Shown here: piece after piece, positions 50,346 to 59,600 of the stretch
Numbering within the stretch: the stretch's first letter is position 1
How the letters are laid out: each line of letters begins with the position of its first letter
Virus record (IMG/VR): IMGVR_UViG_3300032288_003839
Direction: 5' to 3' (one strand)
DNA from: an uncultured virus (IMG/VR IMGVR_UViG_3300032288_003839)
Lineage: Duplodnaviria; Heunggongvirae; Uroviricota; Caudoviricetes
Length of the DNA stretch: 62,281 nt
Notes under the pieces: generated by a model
What the model was told of the DNA's origin: nothing
Database searches by the model: none
Seen by the model: the letters and a program-made list of their open reading frames with translations, nothing else
Made by a program: the position numbers and the translations under genes

Positions 50346-50686
50346 TGTTATATTTAATTAGTTACATAAGCGGTGATGTCTCTGGTCATTATGATGAACT
50401 TTATGCTGTAGAAGGCCATTTTAAAACCACTGAAGAGTTATTAGAATATGCTAATCTCCTGGACATTAACTTGTTTTCAGTCAGAAAGATATCGGGATTT
50501 AGCACTCAATTTAAATTTAGATGGGTAGAGTATAGAGGTGATAATTACAGATTTGATTATATTTATATTTTTGATGATAGTGTAACATCAGATATTATTA
50601 TCAATGGTGATTTAGAAAAAGTAGTTAGTGATTATATTAAATCAAATTTAAGAGAAGATAAATTAAATGAATTAGGTATAAAATGA
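50345..50686 (+). CDS. Hypothetical protein with C-terminal tag
   Basis: Ends LREDKLNELGIK. Confidence 0.75.
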   Translation: MLYLISYISGDVSGHYDELYAVEGHFKTTEELLEYANLLDINLFSVRKISGFSTQFKFRWVEYRGDNYRFDYIYIFDDSVTSDIIINGDLEKVVSDYIKSNLREDKLNELGIK

Positions 50687-50883
50687 TCACTGTTATATGT
50701 GTAAAAATAAATACTGATTTTAAACATCATCTACAACTAAAGGTAGGTAATAAATACCTTGCTAAAACTTCATATAATGGTGGGTATGTAATATATGATT
50801 TAAATGAAAAATATATTGGAAGTTATCACTTTGATCAATTTATAACATTAAGAGATTACAATTTAGATAAATTATTAGAATGA
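50683..50883 (+). CDS. Small VxC family (SH3-like) protein with C-terminal tag
   Basis: MITVICV...L.VG.KY; ends LRDYNLDKLLE. Confidence 0.7.
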   Translation: MITVICVKINTDFKHHLQLKVGNKYLAKTSYNGGYVIYDLNEKYIGSYHFDQFITLRDYNLDKLLE

Positions 50884-51278
50884 AAATTAATATAGAATAT
50901 AAAGAAGGAAAAGATATAGGAAAACCCAATTGGAGAATTAGTATATCAAAATCCGGATCAAAGATAACTATTAAGACAGAGAATTTTGAACAGGGATTTC
51001 GAGATGGTGAATGGTGGGATAATGTATTTGCTACTAAGAATGGCAGTGATACTTATGAAAATTATGTAACTGTTATTACAAAAGATAAATCAAAATTAGA
51101 AACTTTCAAGCCACTAATCATAGATAAATTCTACGAAATATTAGAATATAATATTAAACATCATCAGTCAGAAATTAAAAGATTAAATGCTTATGTTAAT
51201 AATTATAAAGATTGTTTAGTTTCCGATTTATTCAAAGATAAAATAAGAGAAGATAAATTAAATGAATTGGGGATTTAG
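50880..51278 (+). CDS. Hypothetical protein with C-terminal tag
   Basis: Ends IREDKLNELGI. Confidence 0.75.
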   Translation: MKINIEYKEGKDIGKPNWRISISKSGSKITIKTENFEQGFRDGEWWDNVFATKNGSDTYENYVTVITKDKSKLETFKPLIIDKFYEILEYNIKHHQSEIKRLNAYVNNYKDCLVSDLFKDKIREDKLNELGI

Positions 51279-51513
51279 GAGAAAAAGAAATTATATTGAA
51301 TGGGATCAAACCAACAATATGTGGCATGATGGTCATATCCGCGTCTATAAAGATGATAAGATAGTTGAACATATCACCTGCCTAAATGGTGGGTATGATG
51401 AAGATGGTAATGTAGATGATAGTTATACAAATCCTTATGACCTAATTGAAGAATTAAAAAATAAATGGAATTTAAAAGAATTAAAAGAAATTAAAGGTCC
51501 AGATTGGAGATAA
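51262..51513 (+). CDS. Hypothetical protein
   Basis: Operon-coupled ORF. Confidence 0.6.
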   Translation: MNWGFRRKRNYIEWDQTNNMWHDGHIRVYKDDKIVEHITCLNGGYDEDGNVDDSYTNPYDLIEELKNKWNLKELKEIKGPDWR

Positions 51514-51530
51514 ATTAGTATATTTGTAGA

Positions 51531-51908
51531 ATGAAAAATCTAAGAATTAGCTTTGACTTTGATTGTACTTTAGGTGAAACCATCATCCAAAGAAAAGCTA
51601 TGCTTATGTTGAAGTCAACCTTACCATCAGATATATTTATTATCACTGCTCGTTGTAAGGATCAAAAGAATCCTGATGTATTCTCAGTTGCTAAAAGATT
51701 AGGTATACCTGATGAGAATATTCATTTCACTGAAGGTAGTTGGAAATGGCGTAAGATAAAAGAATTAGAAATAGATATACACTTTGATGATGTACCAGAA
51801 GAGTGTGAACTAATATCACTTAATACTAATTGCACTCCTCTTTTAATATGGGATGAGTGGTGTAAAGAATCAATAAAACATGATTCATTTGGAAAAGGAA
51901 TTTATTAA
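51531..51908 (+). CDS. HAD-like protein
   Basis: ISFDFDCTL; IITAR; K...I..L.ID.HFDD. Confidence 0.75.
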   Translation: MKNLRISFDFDCTLGETIIQRKAMLMLKSTLPSDIFIITARCKDQKNPDVFSVAKRLGIPDENIHFTEGSWKWRKIKELEIDIHFDDVPEECELISLNTNCTPLLIWDEWCKESIKHDSFGKGIY

Positions 51909-51909
51909 T

Positions 51910-52392
51910 ATGAAACTATCAGAAATAGAATTACAAATAGCGACTAATAAAAACGCTATGAGAGAATTACAAAATCAAATTTCTAAACTATCTACTAGTA
52001 CATCGGGATTAGAAAGATTAAAAGAAAGCATTAAATTAAAAAACTTTGTAGAGTACATTGAGATAGGTAACACCTATGAGTTCAATTCATATACTTATTT
52101 ATCTGGTATTGAGAGCGGATCAAAAACAGGATTAGATCCTAATTTTGTAAAAGGTGATGTGATAGAAATTATCAAAAAGAACAAAATGTCTATTGTTATT
52201 AAATGTATCAAAAAGATTTCTTCAACAAGAGATAGTAATAATATGAGAGTTTTGTCAGAATCAAATCCAAATGCTCAATTTAGAATTGATATACAAAGTT
52301 TATACAATTACATGATAAGAGACCCACAATTTTCAGATGGTCTTAAAATATACTATAAAAGAAAAGAAGCTTTATCTGAATTAGGAATATGA
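51910..52392 (+). CDS. Hypothetical protein with C-terminal tag
   Basis: Start revised to 51910; ends KRKEALSELGI. Confidence 0.75.
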   Translation: MKLSEIELQIATNKNAMRELQNQISKLSTSTSGLERLKESIKLKNFVEYIEIGNTYEFNSYTYLSGIESGSKTGLDPNFVKGDVIEIIKKNKMSIVIKCIKKISSTRDSNNMRVLSESNPNAQFRIDIQSLYNYMIRDPQFSDGLKIYYKRKEALSELGI

Positions 52393-52592
52393 AAACTAAA
52401 GTAATATGTATTCACACTGGTAGAGTTCCAAGTTTAACTTTACATAAAATATATGATGGGTTTATATATGAACCACCTGCTACCACAATTCAAGTTGTTG
52501 ATGATAGTGGTAGAGTTAAAACATATAAAGGTGAAAGGTTTATGAGGTTAGATGAATTTAGAGAAAATAAGCTAAAACAATTAGGGATATGA
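52389..52592 (+). CDS. Small VxC family (SH3-like) protein with C-terminal tag
   Basis: MKTKVICI...LTLHKIY...VVDD.G; ends FRENKLKQLGI. Confidence 0.75.
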   Translation: MKTKVICIHTGRVPSLTLHKIYDGFIYEPPATTIQVVDDSGRVKTYKGERFMRLDEFRENKLKQLGI

Positions 52593-52966
52593 CAAGAGAA
52601 GATTTTATAAACTTTATTGAGGAATTAGGATTTGACCAAACCTGGCAGTCAAATCCTAATTACTATATCCTTTATACTGATAAGATTGGAATTGGATTGT
52701 CCAATAATCAACTGAGTAGATTTGATATGTTGAGTGTTACAATAAATGATGAATATGGAATTGCTCAACTCGCACTTTCACAAATGAGTAGTGTTATGAC
52801 GGCTGGTAAAAACTTTGGTAACTTTAGTTTAAAAACATTCGGTCAGAAAGATGATTTCCAATTGGAAATATTTATGAGTTTTATTAAATCTTCTTTTAAT
52901 AAATTACCAAATACTATTACTCAATATATGAGAGATATGAATATTAAAAATATTTTAAATGATTAA
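52589..52966 (+). CDS. Hypothetical protein with C-terminal tag
   Basis: Ends MRDMNIKNILND. Confidence 0.7.
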   Translation: MTREDFINFIEELGFDQTWQSNPNYYILYTDKIGIGLSNNQLSRFDMLSVTINDEYGIAQLALSQMSSVMTAGKNFGNFSLKTFGQKDDFQLEIFMSFIKSSFNKLPNTITQYMRDMNIKNILND

Positions 52967-53558
52967 AATACATAAGTTAGAAGATGGTGATATCATTAAG
53001 ATATTACCTTTTATTGATAAGGATGATAAAATCACCTGGTGTAAAGATTATACCTGTACTGTTATTAATAAACAATCAATCTATGATAATAGTGATAAAC
53101 AATATCTAAGAAGAATATCACACACTCTTTATAGAAATGATGGTGATGTAAAACTACCAGTTCAAATTAGATATGCCTATAATATCTATATTGGTGGTGA
53201 AATTAAAATAATGAATGTTAGTAGAACTATACAAGATATTATAAGTAATAACCCAGATGTATTAGACATCAGAAGTAATAAACATCTGAATATTGTTCAG
53301 GAAATGAAATCTGGATTTCCATCTTGGGAAAAGTCTTATATTAAAGATAATAATTGGGCACCACCAGTTAGTGATATCAATTCTAAAGATGAATGGTATT
53401 CATTTATCAAAACAAACCAACCAGACTTTGACTCACATATAGAAAGTAATAATATATTTGTTCATAAACAAAAATTAGTAAAGTTCTTAGGATCAGATAT
53501 GTTAGGTGATTTAATATCTGATGATAGACAAAAGAAATTAGATAAATTAGGAATATGA
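52959..53558 (+). CDS. Possible divergent T4 gp32-like ssDNA-binding fold with C-terminal tag
   Basis: IKILP...RYAYNIYI..EIKIM....I..II...L.IV.EMKSGFPSWEKS; ends DRQKKLDKLGI. Confidence 0.45.
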   Translation: MIKIHKLEDGDIIKILPFIDKDDKITWCKDYTCTVINKQSIYDNSDKQYLRRISHTLYRNDGDVKLPVQIRYAYNIYIGGEIKIMNVSRTIQDIISNNPDVLDIRSNKHLNIVQEMKSGFPSWEKSYIKDNNWAPPVSDINSKDEWYSFIKTNQPDFDSHIESNNIFVHKQKLVKFLGSDMLGDLISDDRQKKLDKLGI

Positions 53559-53782
53559 AATTTAAAATAGGTGATAAGGTAATAGTTAATCCAAAAATCA
53601 ATCTACCATCTAAGGCAAATTACAAAGGAGTGATTATTAATATTAAAGAAGATGCTATTTGGCCCTACTTAGTAGAATCATATGGTTATATGGGTAAACA
53701 TGAAGAAAACTTTAATCATAAAGATCTAACCTTAGATATAGAAGAAATTAGAAATGAGAAATTAAAACAATTAGGAATATGA
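53555..53782 (+). CDS. KOW/SH3-like small protein with C-terminal tag
   Basis: MKFKIGDKVIV...G.I.....WPYLVE; ends IRNEKLKQLGI. Confidence 0.75.
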   Translation: MKFKIGDKVIVNPKINLPSKANYKGVIINIKEDAIWPYLVESYGYMGKHEENFNHKDLTLDIEEIRNEKLKQLGI

Positions 53783-54012
53783 TTAATGCTAAAGTAAAAA
53801 TATTTAATGAGGAATATGCTCACTCATTAGAAAAAACAATTAATGTTTTTCTAAAAACAATTGATGTCCGACAGATTATTAAAACAGAATACTCAAGTAG
53901 TGTTTCTGCTGGTCAATATAACACAATCAAGTCACACTCTGCCGTTATCTATTATGTAGATTTTGAAGATATAAGAGGGGCTAAAATTGATAGTGTATTG
54001 GATATTAAATAA
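53779..54012 (+). CDS. Small protein with C-terminal tag
   Basis: KVKIF.....LE..IN.FL; ends IRGAKIDSVLDIK. Confidence 0.7.
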   Translation: MINAKVKIFNEEYAHSLEKTINVFLKTIDVRQIIKTEYSSSVSAGQYNTIKSHSAVIYYVDFEDIRGAKIDSVLDIK

Positions 54013-54359
54013 TGGAAACACTACAAGACATAGAATATAAATACATATCTGATATTGTAAAATTCTTTTGTAAATCATATGTAGAATTGTATGGTCCTAA
54101 TAAACCTAATGCAATTAAAGATTTAATAATGAAACAACTAGATAATAGATTGATTAAGTCAAGTCTAATCAATAACTATGTGGTATCAACAAACATTCTA
54201 TCTACAATAGAAAGAAGAGATTTAGTATTAGATAATTTAGTAAATAATTCTGATAATGATATAGAAGAACATGTAGATGTTTATATTGAACACAGAAGAG
54301 GAATATTCTACTCCTTTAGATACAATCTAAAAGATAGTAGTTTTATTGTAACACCTTAA
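54012..54359 (+). CDS. Hypothetical protein with internal tag-like motif
   Basis: ERRDLVLDNLV. Confidence 0.65.
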   Translation: METLQDIEYKYISDIVKFFCKSYVELYGPNKPNAIKDLIMKQLDNRLIKSSLINNYVVSTNILSTIERRDLVLDNLVNNSDNDIEEHVDVYIEHRRGIFYSFRYNLKDSSFIVTP

Positions 54360-54387
54360 ATTAATTGATGAAATTAATATATAGTAT

Positions 54388-55788
54388 ATGAGAAAAATAT
54401 TAATATTAATATTTATATTTATATACACACTAACAAATGGACAAACATCTTGTGCAACATCACTTCCTATATCAAGTGGTAGTTGCATCAGCACTTCTTT
54501 TCCAGGAAGTGCTAATATGGCAGGAACTTGTGTAGGTGGAACAAATCCAGCAATCTATCTAAGATTCACCGCTGGTTCATGTTCATCATTTAACATAACA
54601 CCATCTTCAAATGCCTCTACTATAGGAAGTGCCATCTATACTTACCCAGGTTGTAGTTATGTTGCAAATAGCGCTGAATGCCATGATAATGTTGTTACTG
54701 GTAATCAATTTAATGCGGGTGCTAATAATACTACAGGTGGATATCTTTTAACATCTGGACAACAATATGTGATGTTACTATGGGGACCGGTTGGAACATC
54801 AACATTTAATATATGTTATAACGCCAATGTTTTGGAGAATAGTTCTAATGAGTGTGGTGGTTCTTTAATTTTAGGAACTACAGCTACTCAATTCTATAAT
54901 GGGAATGATTGCTCATTTACTGGCTCTTATACTGATGCAACTACAACAGATCCAACACCGTCCAGTTTATGTGCTGGTTCATTAGAAAATACACAATGGA
55001 TAACATTTCAACCACTTGTAGGAGTAACATCATTTCAAATCATAGGTTCTAATATTAATTGTACTGGTGGTGGATGTGGATTTCAATTTGGAATATTTTC
55101 AGGAAGTTGTGGGTCTTTAGTATCTGAAGGATGTTATGGTAACAAAGTTTGCTCGGGTGGTCAATCAGTTGCTGGTCCAACAAATGTAAGTTCTACGGAT
55201 GGATTTAGTATATCTTGGAGCGGAACATCATCAACTGGATTTACAGCAACAATCACAAAAACAGGAGGTGGTGCTTTTAATGGAAGTGAGGTATTTTATT
55301 TAGTAATGGATGGTAATGGAGATGCTGATTGCACTTATACTCTACAAGGTATAAATGTGTCAGTTTTACCTATAGAACTATTAGAATTTAAGGGATATAA
55401 TGAAGAATATTATAATATTATTAAATGGTCTACCGCTACTGAAATAAATAATCATTATTTTATTTTGGAAAGAAGTACTGATGGTGTCAAATGGGATCTT
55501 ATTTATACTAAAAATGGAGCGGGTAATTCAAATACAACAGAATTATATGAATACAAAGACTATGAATATCAAAGAGATGTAATTAATTATTATAGACTTT
55601 CTCAAGTAGATTATGATGGTCAAAGAAAATATTTTAATATAATATCAATAGATTATAAAAAAGAAAATACCTGTAAAGAATATGAATACTATAATCTTAT
55701 GGGTGGTAGAGTTAACTACACCGAAGTATCACCAGGAATATACTTAAGAAAGTGTGATGATAAAGTAGAAAAAATAATAAAGTATTAA
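54388..55788 (+). CDS. Secreted Cys-rich protein with Bacteroidota T9SS-cargo-like C-terminus
   Basis: Signal peptide ending NGQ; LPIELLEFKG..WSTATEINN.YF.LERS.DG..YYRL.Q.DYDG; short tail YYNLMG..PGIY. Confidence 0.8.
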   Translation: MRKILILIFIFIYTLTNGQTSCATSLPISSGSCISTSFPGSANMAGTCVGGTNPAIYLRFTAGSCSSFNITPSSNASTIGSAIYTYPGCSYVANSAECHDNVVTGNQFNAGANNTTGGYLLTSGQQYVMLLWGPVGTSTFNICYNANVLENSSNECGGSLILGTTATQFYNGNDCSFTGSYTDATTTDPTPSSLCAGSLENTQWITFQPLVGVTSFQIIGSNINCTGGGCGFQFGIFSGSCGSLVSEGCYGNKVCSGGQSVAGPTNVSSTDGFSISWSGTSSTGFTATITKTGGGAFNGSEVFYLVMDGNGDADCTYTLQGINVSVLPIELLEFKGYNEEYYNIIKWSTATEINNHYFILERSTDGVKWDLIYTKNGAGNSNTTELYEYKDYEYQRDVINYYRLSQVDYDGQRKYFNIISIDYKKENTCKEYEYYNLMGGRVNYTEVSPGIYLRKCDDKVEKIIKY

Positions 55789-55798
55789 TTTAATTATT

Positions 55799-56083
55799 TT
55801 ATTTCCAAATTCTAAGTAAACAAGGTGATTCAGTCCATACTTGTAACGGTTCACCATTTCCTTTAGACATTTCCATTAATTCATTGTATGTCAATTTACC
55901 TACAACACCAGCATGTATTAGATCCTTTTGATATTTAGTTATCGCTTCTATAAAAGCCACTTTATTATCTTCATAACTAGGAAACTTATCAACAGACTTA
56001 TTTAAGAAATCTTTAGCTGTTCTTTCTACAAACCACCAAGTACTTCCTAATCCAAAATACTTATCCCTTTGCGATTCCTTCAT
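55799..56083 (-). CDS. Hypothetical protein, possibly 5'-truncated
   Basis: No promoter motif upstream; abuts a divergent gene remnant. Confidence 0.55.
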   Translation of the reverse strand: MKESQRDKYFGLGSTWWFVERTAKDFLNKSVDKFPSYEDNKVAFIEAITKYQKDLIHAGVVGKLTYNELMEMSKGNGEPLQVWTESPCLLRIWK

Positions 56084-56098
56084 AAAGCGGTTAGGCTT

Positions 56099-56190
56099 AA
56101 AACTAAAAAAGATATTTGGATAGATAAAAGGGCATTCATATCATTAGAAGAATTTAGACAGTCAAAATTAGATAAAATATTAAAAAATGA
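56099..56190 (+). pseudogene. 3' remnant of a C-terminally tagged gene
   Basis: ...KTKKDIWIDKRAFISLEEFRQSKLDKILKK*, ATGA-coupled to 56187; no ATG start or promoter. Confidence 0.5.
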
Positions 56191-56471
56191 GATATAAAAT
56201 AGTTAAACATTATTATACACATAATGATAAAGTAACAGAGTTATTCTATGTTATGTATGAGAAAAAAGTTTGGTGGAAAAAAGAACTTGTTTGGAGACGT
56301 TGTAAAGAAAACAATTATGACTATAAAAAAAATGTTTATAGAAATACTTTAAAAGAAGCCGAAGATTATATCTTACTTCAAATGAAAATTGACAATGGTG
56401 ATTTCGATCCAGAAGATATTAAGATATATGAATGTAGAGATTCTAAATTAAATAAAATACTTAGTGAATAG
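56187..56471 (+). CDS. Hypothetical protein with C-terminal tag
   Basis: Ends CRDSKLNKILSE. Confidence 0.75.
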   Translation: MRYKIVKHYYTHNDKVTELFYVMYEKKVWWKKELVWRRCKENNYDYKKNVYRNTLKEAEDYILLQMKIDNGDFDPEDIKIYECRDSKLNKILSE

Positions 56472-56481
56472 AAGAAATTTC

Positions 56482-56685
56482 ATGAAAGTTATTTGTATCA
56501 GACAGAATCCCGGTAGAGAACCTCAACCCCAATTAGGTCAAGTATATAATGCCGAAATTATAGAAGTTAAAACACCCGATAGAGCGTCAGATTATATGTA
56601 TCATATAAAAGAAGTAAACATGACTTATTCTAATTATTGGGTTATTCCACTAAGAGATTATAACTTAGAACTAATTAATAAATAA
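56482..56685 (+). CDS. Small VxC family (SH3-like) protein with C-terminal tag
   Basis: MKVICIR...LGQVY; ends LRDYNLELINK. Start could instead be 56464. Confidence 0.65.
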   Translation: MKVICIRQNPGREPQPQLGQVYNAEIIEVKTPDRASDYMYHIKEVNMTYSNYWVIPLRDYNLELINK

Positions 56686-57453
56686 CTTTACAGATTCAGC
56701 ACCACCTATCTTAGTTATCTCAGCACCAACATAATTAGCACCTTCTCTTATAGTATTCATCGCATATCCAACAAAATCAGCACTGGCAGAATCACCAGCC
56801 TTTTTAGAAATATTAATTAAATGTTCTGCCATACTTAATGAATATTTAGCCATAGTTATAGATTTTTCACCAATTAACTCAGGATCAATATCTTGATGAC
56901 CATCTCTAATATCAATTAAATAAGCCATAGCTTTCATATATAATTGATTATCACCCATTGTTGTGTGCATTTTTGATTTTAACAAACCAATAGCAGAATT
57001 GATAATATCAGGATCAATAGGCTGACCAGTAGTCTGAGCTTTAACAGAAGAAGCACAAACAACTAAACATATAAACATAATTAAAGTTATTAAGATTACC
57101 TTCCATATAGTAGGATTCTTATCAGCAAACTTATTTAACTTACTAAATATCCAAGTAACAAATTGAACTACCTTACTAACAATAGACATACCAACCTCAA
57201 AAGCAGTCTTTAACATAGTCATTAATATCTTAAAGAACTTTTCCTTAAACCAATTAACAGTAGCTTCACCAGCTTCCATCAACCATTGTTTAGCCCCTTC
57301 AAACCAACCTTCATTAATAGATAATTGTTCTATATAAGAAAAGAATTCACTCTCATTAATATTATCATTACACCAATCTAATGTAATAGAATCTACATCC
57401 TTAAATCTCTTAGATTCATTAATTAACTGTTCAAATGTTTTTAAGTATTTCAT
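56671..57453 (-). CDS. Tagged protein with amphipathic and TM helices
   Basis: Start revised to 57453 (MKYLKTFEQLINES); further INE sites; hydrophobic stretch ending VKAQ. Confidence 0.75.
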   Translation of the reverse strand: MKYLKTFEQLINESKRFKDVDSITLDWCNDNINESEFFSYIEQLSINEGWFEGAKQWLMEAGEATVNWFKEKFFKILMTMLKTAFEVGMSIVSKVVQFVTWIFSKLNKFADKNPTIWKVILITLIMFICLVVCASSVKAQTTGQPIDPDIINSAIGLLKSKMHTTMGDNQLYMKAMAYLIDIRDGHQDIDPELIGEKSITMAKYSLSMAEHLINISKKAGDSASADFVGYAMNTIREGANYVGAEITKIGGAESVKLFIN

Positions 57454-57463
57454 ATTGTATATA

Positions 57464-57838
57464 TTATTCTTTAATATAACTAATTGTAAGTAGTAATGAG
57501 TCACCTCTTTCGAAAGATTTTATCAGTTTCTCATGAGTATCATAATAAGAACCATCTGAAAAATATTTATATCCCTTACTTTGTAAGAAACTATCTAAAT
57601 GATAAAACGCGTCTATGTATTTAAGAGGTGAGAAAGATTTCCCCCTGTTATAATTCCTACTATTAAAAGTAATTTTAATAATGTCTGCCGGTTCCCTACT
57701 GATAGATTTCTCTCTAGGAAAACTTACATCAATACTTGAACCATCATGAATTAGGTCATAGAATATATCTTCACATTCATTTACTATTAATGTTCTTTCA
57801 TCAATTGAGAAACTCTCATATGTTTTTATTCTTCTCAT
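57464..57838 (-). CDS. Hypothetical protein with N-terminal tag
   Basis: Starts MRRIKTYESF. Confidence 0.75.
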   Translation of the reverse strand: MRRIKTYESFSIDERTLIVNECEDIFYDLIHDGSSIDVSFPREKSISREPADIIKITFNSRNYNRGKSFSPLKYIDAFYHLDSFLQSKGYKYFSDGSYYDTHEKLIKSFERGDSLLLTISYIKE

Positions 57839-58577
57839 TCTTTAGTTTTAAAAAATTTTTTGTCTTATCCAGTAAGTATTTAGGAAGAGCATTACCAACA
57901 AGAGCATATTTATTCTTAATATCTCTACCTAATTCTTTAGCACTAAAAAAATTACCAGATAACTTTACTTCATACTTTTTACCTCTATAATTAACAGTAA
58001 CTATATAATCATAAAATCCAGAACCACTCGGTTGCACATCAATAACTTTAATTAATTCTATTTCTTTGAAAGCTCTACTAATTAATTCTGACTTTTCTTT
58101 AGTCATCTTATCTTGATATTCCATCATAATCAACTTAGCATCATCTGGAATAGATTTAATTCTATCCACAATCTCTCTCTTCTTTTCTGACTGCCAATCA
58201 ATATAGAATGGATCATCATTATTTCTAGCTCTAAAAACATCATATGAAAGTAATTCACCATCCACTATACCACCTTGACCCCAATGAGTACCACCTGAAT
58301 AAGAACCTAATTCAGATGCCATTTGTGGAATATAATCCCAAGTTAATCTTAACTTATAACCATCCTTGAAATTGATACGGTACATATTAGCAGTTTTATT
58401 ATGACCATAGAATGCACCACGATTAGATGAACACCAACTTGTTCCTTTATTTTGTTGTTTAGTAGAATCAAATGTCTTAGACACCTTAACTTCAAGATTC
58501 TCATCTTTGTAAAGAGTAGGAGTATTTTGCTCAGTTTCAACAAACTCAAATAATTTATAAGTTATTAGGTATTTCAT
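57816..58577 (-). CDS. Hypothetical protein with N-terminal tag
   Basis: Start revised to 58577 (MKYLITYKLFE); GTSWCSS motif. Confidence 0.75.
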   Translation of the reverse strand: MKYLITYKLFEFVETEQNTPTLYKDENLEVKVSKTFDSTKQQNKGTSWCSSNRGAFYGHNKTANMYRINFKDGYKLRLTWDYIPQMASELGSYSGGTHWGQGGIVDGELLSYDVFRARNNDDPFYIDWQSEKKREIVDRIKSIPDDAKLIMMEYQDKMTKEKSELISRAFKEIELIKVIDVQPSGSGFYDYIVTVNYRGKKYEVKLSGNFFSAKELGRDIKNKYALVGNALPKYLLDKTKNFLKLKNEKNKNI

Positions 58578-58649
58578 TGGAGTATATATTAATAAGGAAA
58601 AAGATATTTTAATTTTATATATATAGTATATAAAAAATAATAATAAATT

Positions 58650-59177
58650 ATGGCAGGTGGTCAAATATATAATGCAGCATTTGTAACAGGTTCACCAGCA
58701 GCACCAACTGGAGCTGAGGTTGTAGGAAATATATTAGTGGTTACTTTACCAAACTCATTTACATCATGGACATCATATCCTATTGTAGGTGGTATATTAT
58801 CAACATATGATTCTAGTGGATATGTTATTATATCAGATAGTACAACAGCCGGTGTTATCGGTAGAACTACTGGTAATAATACAACAAATCCAATTAATGC
58901 ACCTGCAGGAACTGAGATAGCTGACAAGCCAACTTTTTGGGTTTCTAATGCTAAAACCTCTGCTTCATTTTTAGATTTAGTAAATAAATTACCACCATCA
59001 ACAGCTGTTGGATATAATGTTAGTGGTACTACACCTCCAGGTGGTAGACCATTCTTTGATAATGGTGACCCAGGAACTTATAATCTTCCAGCTTTACCCA
59101 ATTTTCCTTATGCTAACGCATATGATGCAGCTAGAGACTGGTTAAAAATTAATGGTTATTGGACTTCTTACCCATAA
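58650..59177 (+). CDS. Stand-alone copy of the N-terminal module of the 44371/48452 fibre proteins
   Basis: GNILV; GYVII; FW.S..KT..SFLDLVNK; A..WL..NGYWTSYP. Confidence 0.75.
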   Translation: MAGGQIYNAAFVTGSPAAPTGAEVVGNILVVTLPNSFTSWTSYPIVGGILSTYDSSGYVIISDSTTAGVIGRTTGNNTTNPINAPAGTEIADKPTFWVSNAKTSASFLDLVNKLPPSTAVGYNVSGTTPPGGRPFFDNGDPGTYNLPALPNFPYANAYDAARDWLKINGYWTSYP

Positions 59178-59189
59178 ACTATAAATATT

Positions 59190-59218
59190 AAAACCTACTT
59201 TATAAGTAGGTTTTTTTT
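59190..59218 (+). terminator. Intrinsic terminator
   Basis: aaaacctactt-tat-aagtaggtttttt. Confidence 0.85.
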
Positions 59219-59246
59219 ATATAGATATAATCCATATATTTGATTC

Positions 59247-59600
59247 ATGATTGCCAAATTAAAACTAGAAGATATATTCATAGTTAATGGATCCATTGTC
59301 CTATGCGGACCCATTGAAGAAGGCGAAATTACCTTAAACTCATTTGTTAAATTAAATGATTTTTTAATACCTATAAGTAGAATAGAAAGATTTAGAAAGT
59401 TTGTAACTAAAGCAGAAAAGGGAGATAACCCAGGATTATTCTTAGATACAAGTTTTAATCATCTTATGAGATTAGATAGTAATGAAGGTAGAGGTAAAAC
59501 TCAATTTGATGAATTAGTATTTAAAAGGAGTAATACTTTATTAAGTATAATTGATATTACCGAATTAAGAAATGAAAAACTAAACCAATTAGGTATATGA
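59247..59600 (+). CDS. Stand-alone EF-Tu domain II-like protein with C-terminal tag
   Basis: LEDIF.V.GS.VL.G.IEEG.I.L...V...I..IE.FRK....A..GDN.GL.L; ends LRNEKLNQLGI. Confidence 0.7.
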   Translation: MIAKLKLEDIFIVNGSIVLCGPIEEGEITLNSFVKLNDFLIPISRIERFRKFVTKAEKGDNPGLFLDTSFNHLMRLDSNEGRGKTQFDELVFKRSNTLLSIIDITELRNEKLNQLGI

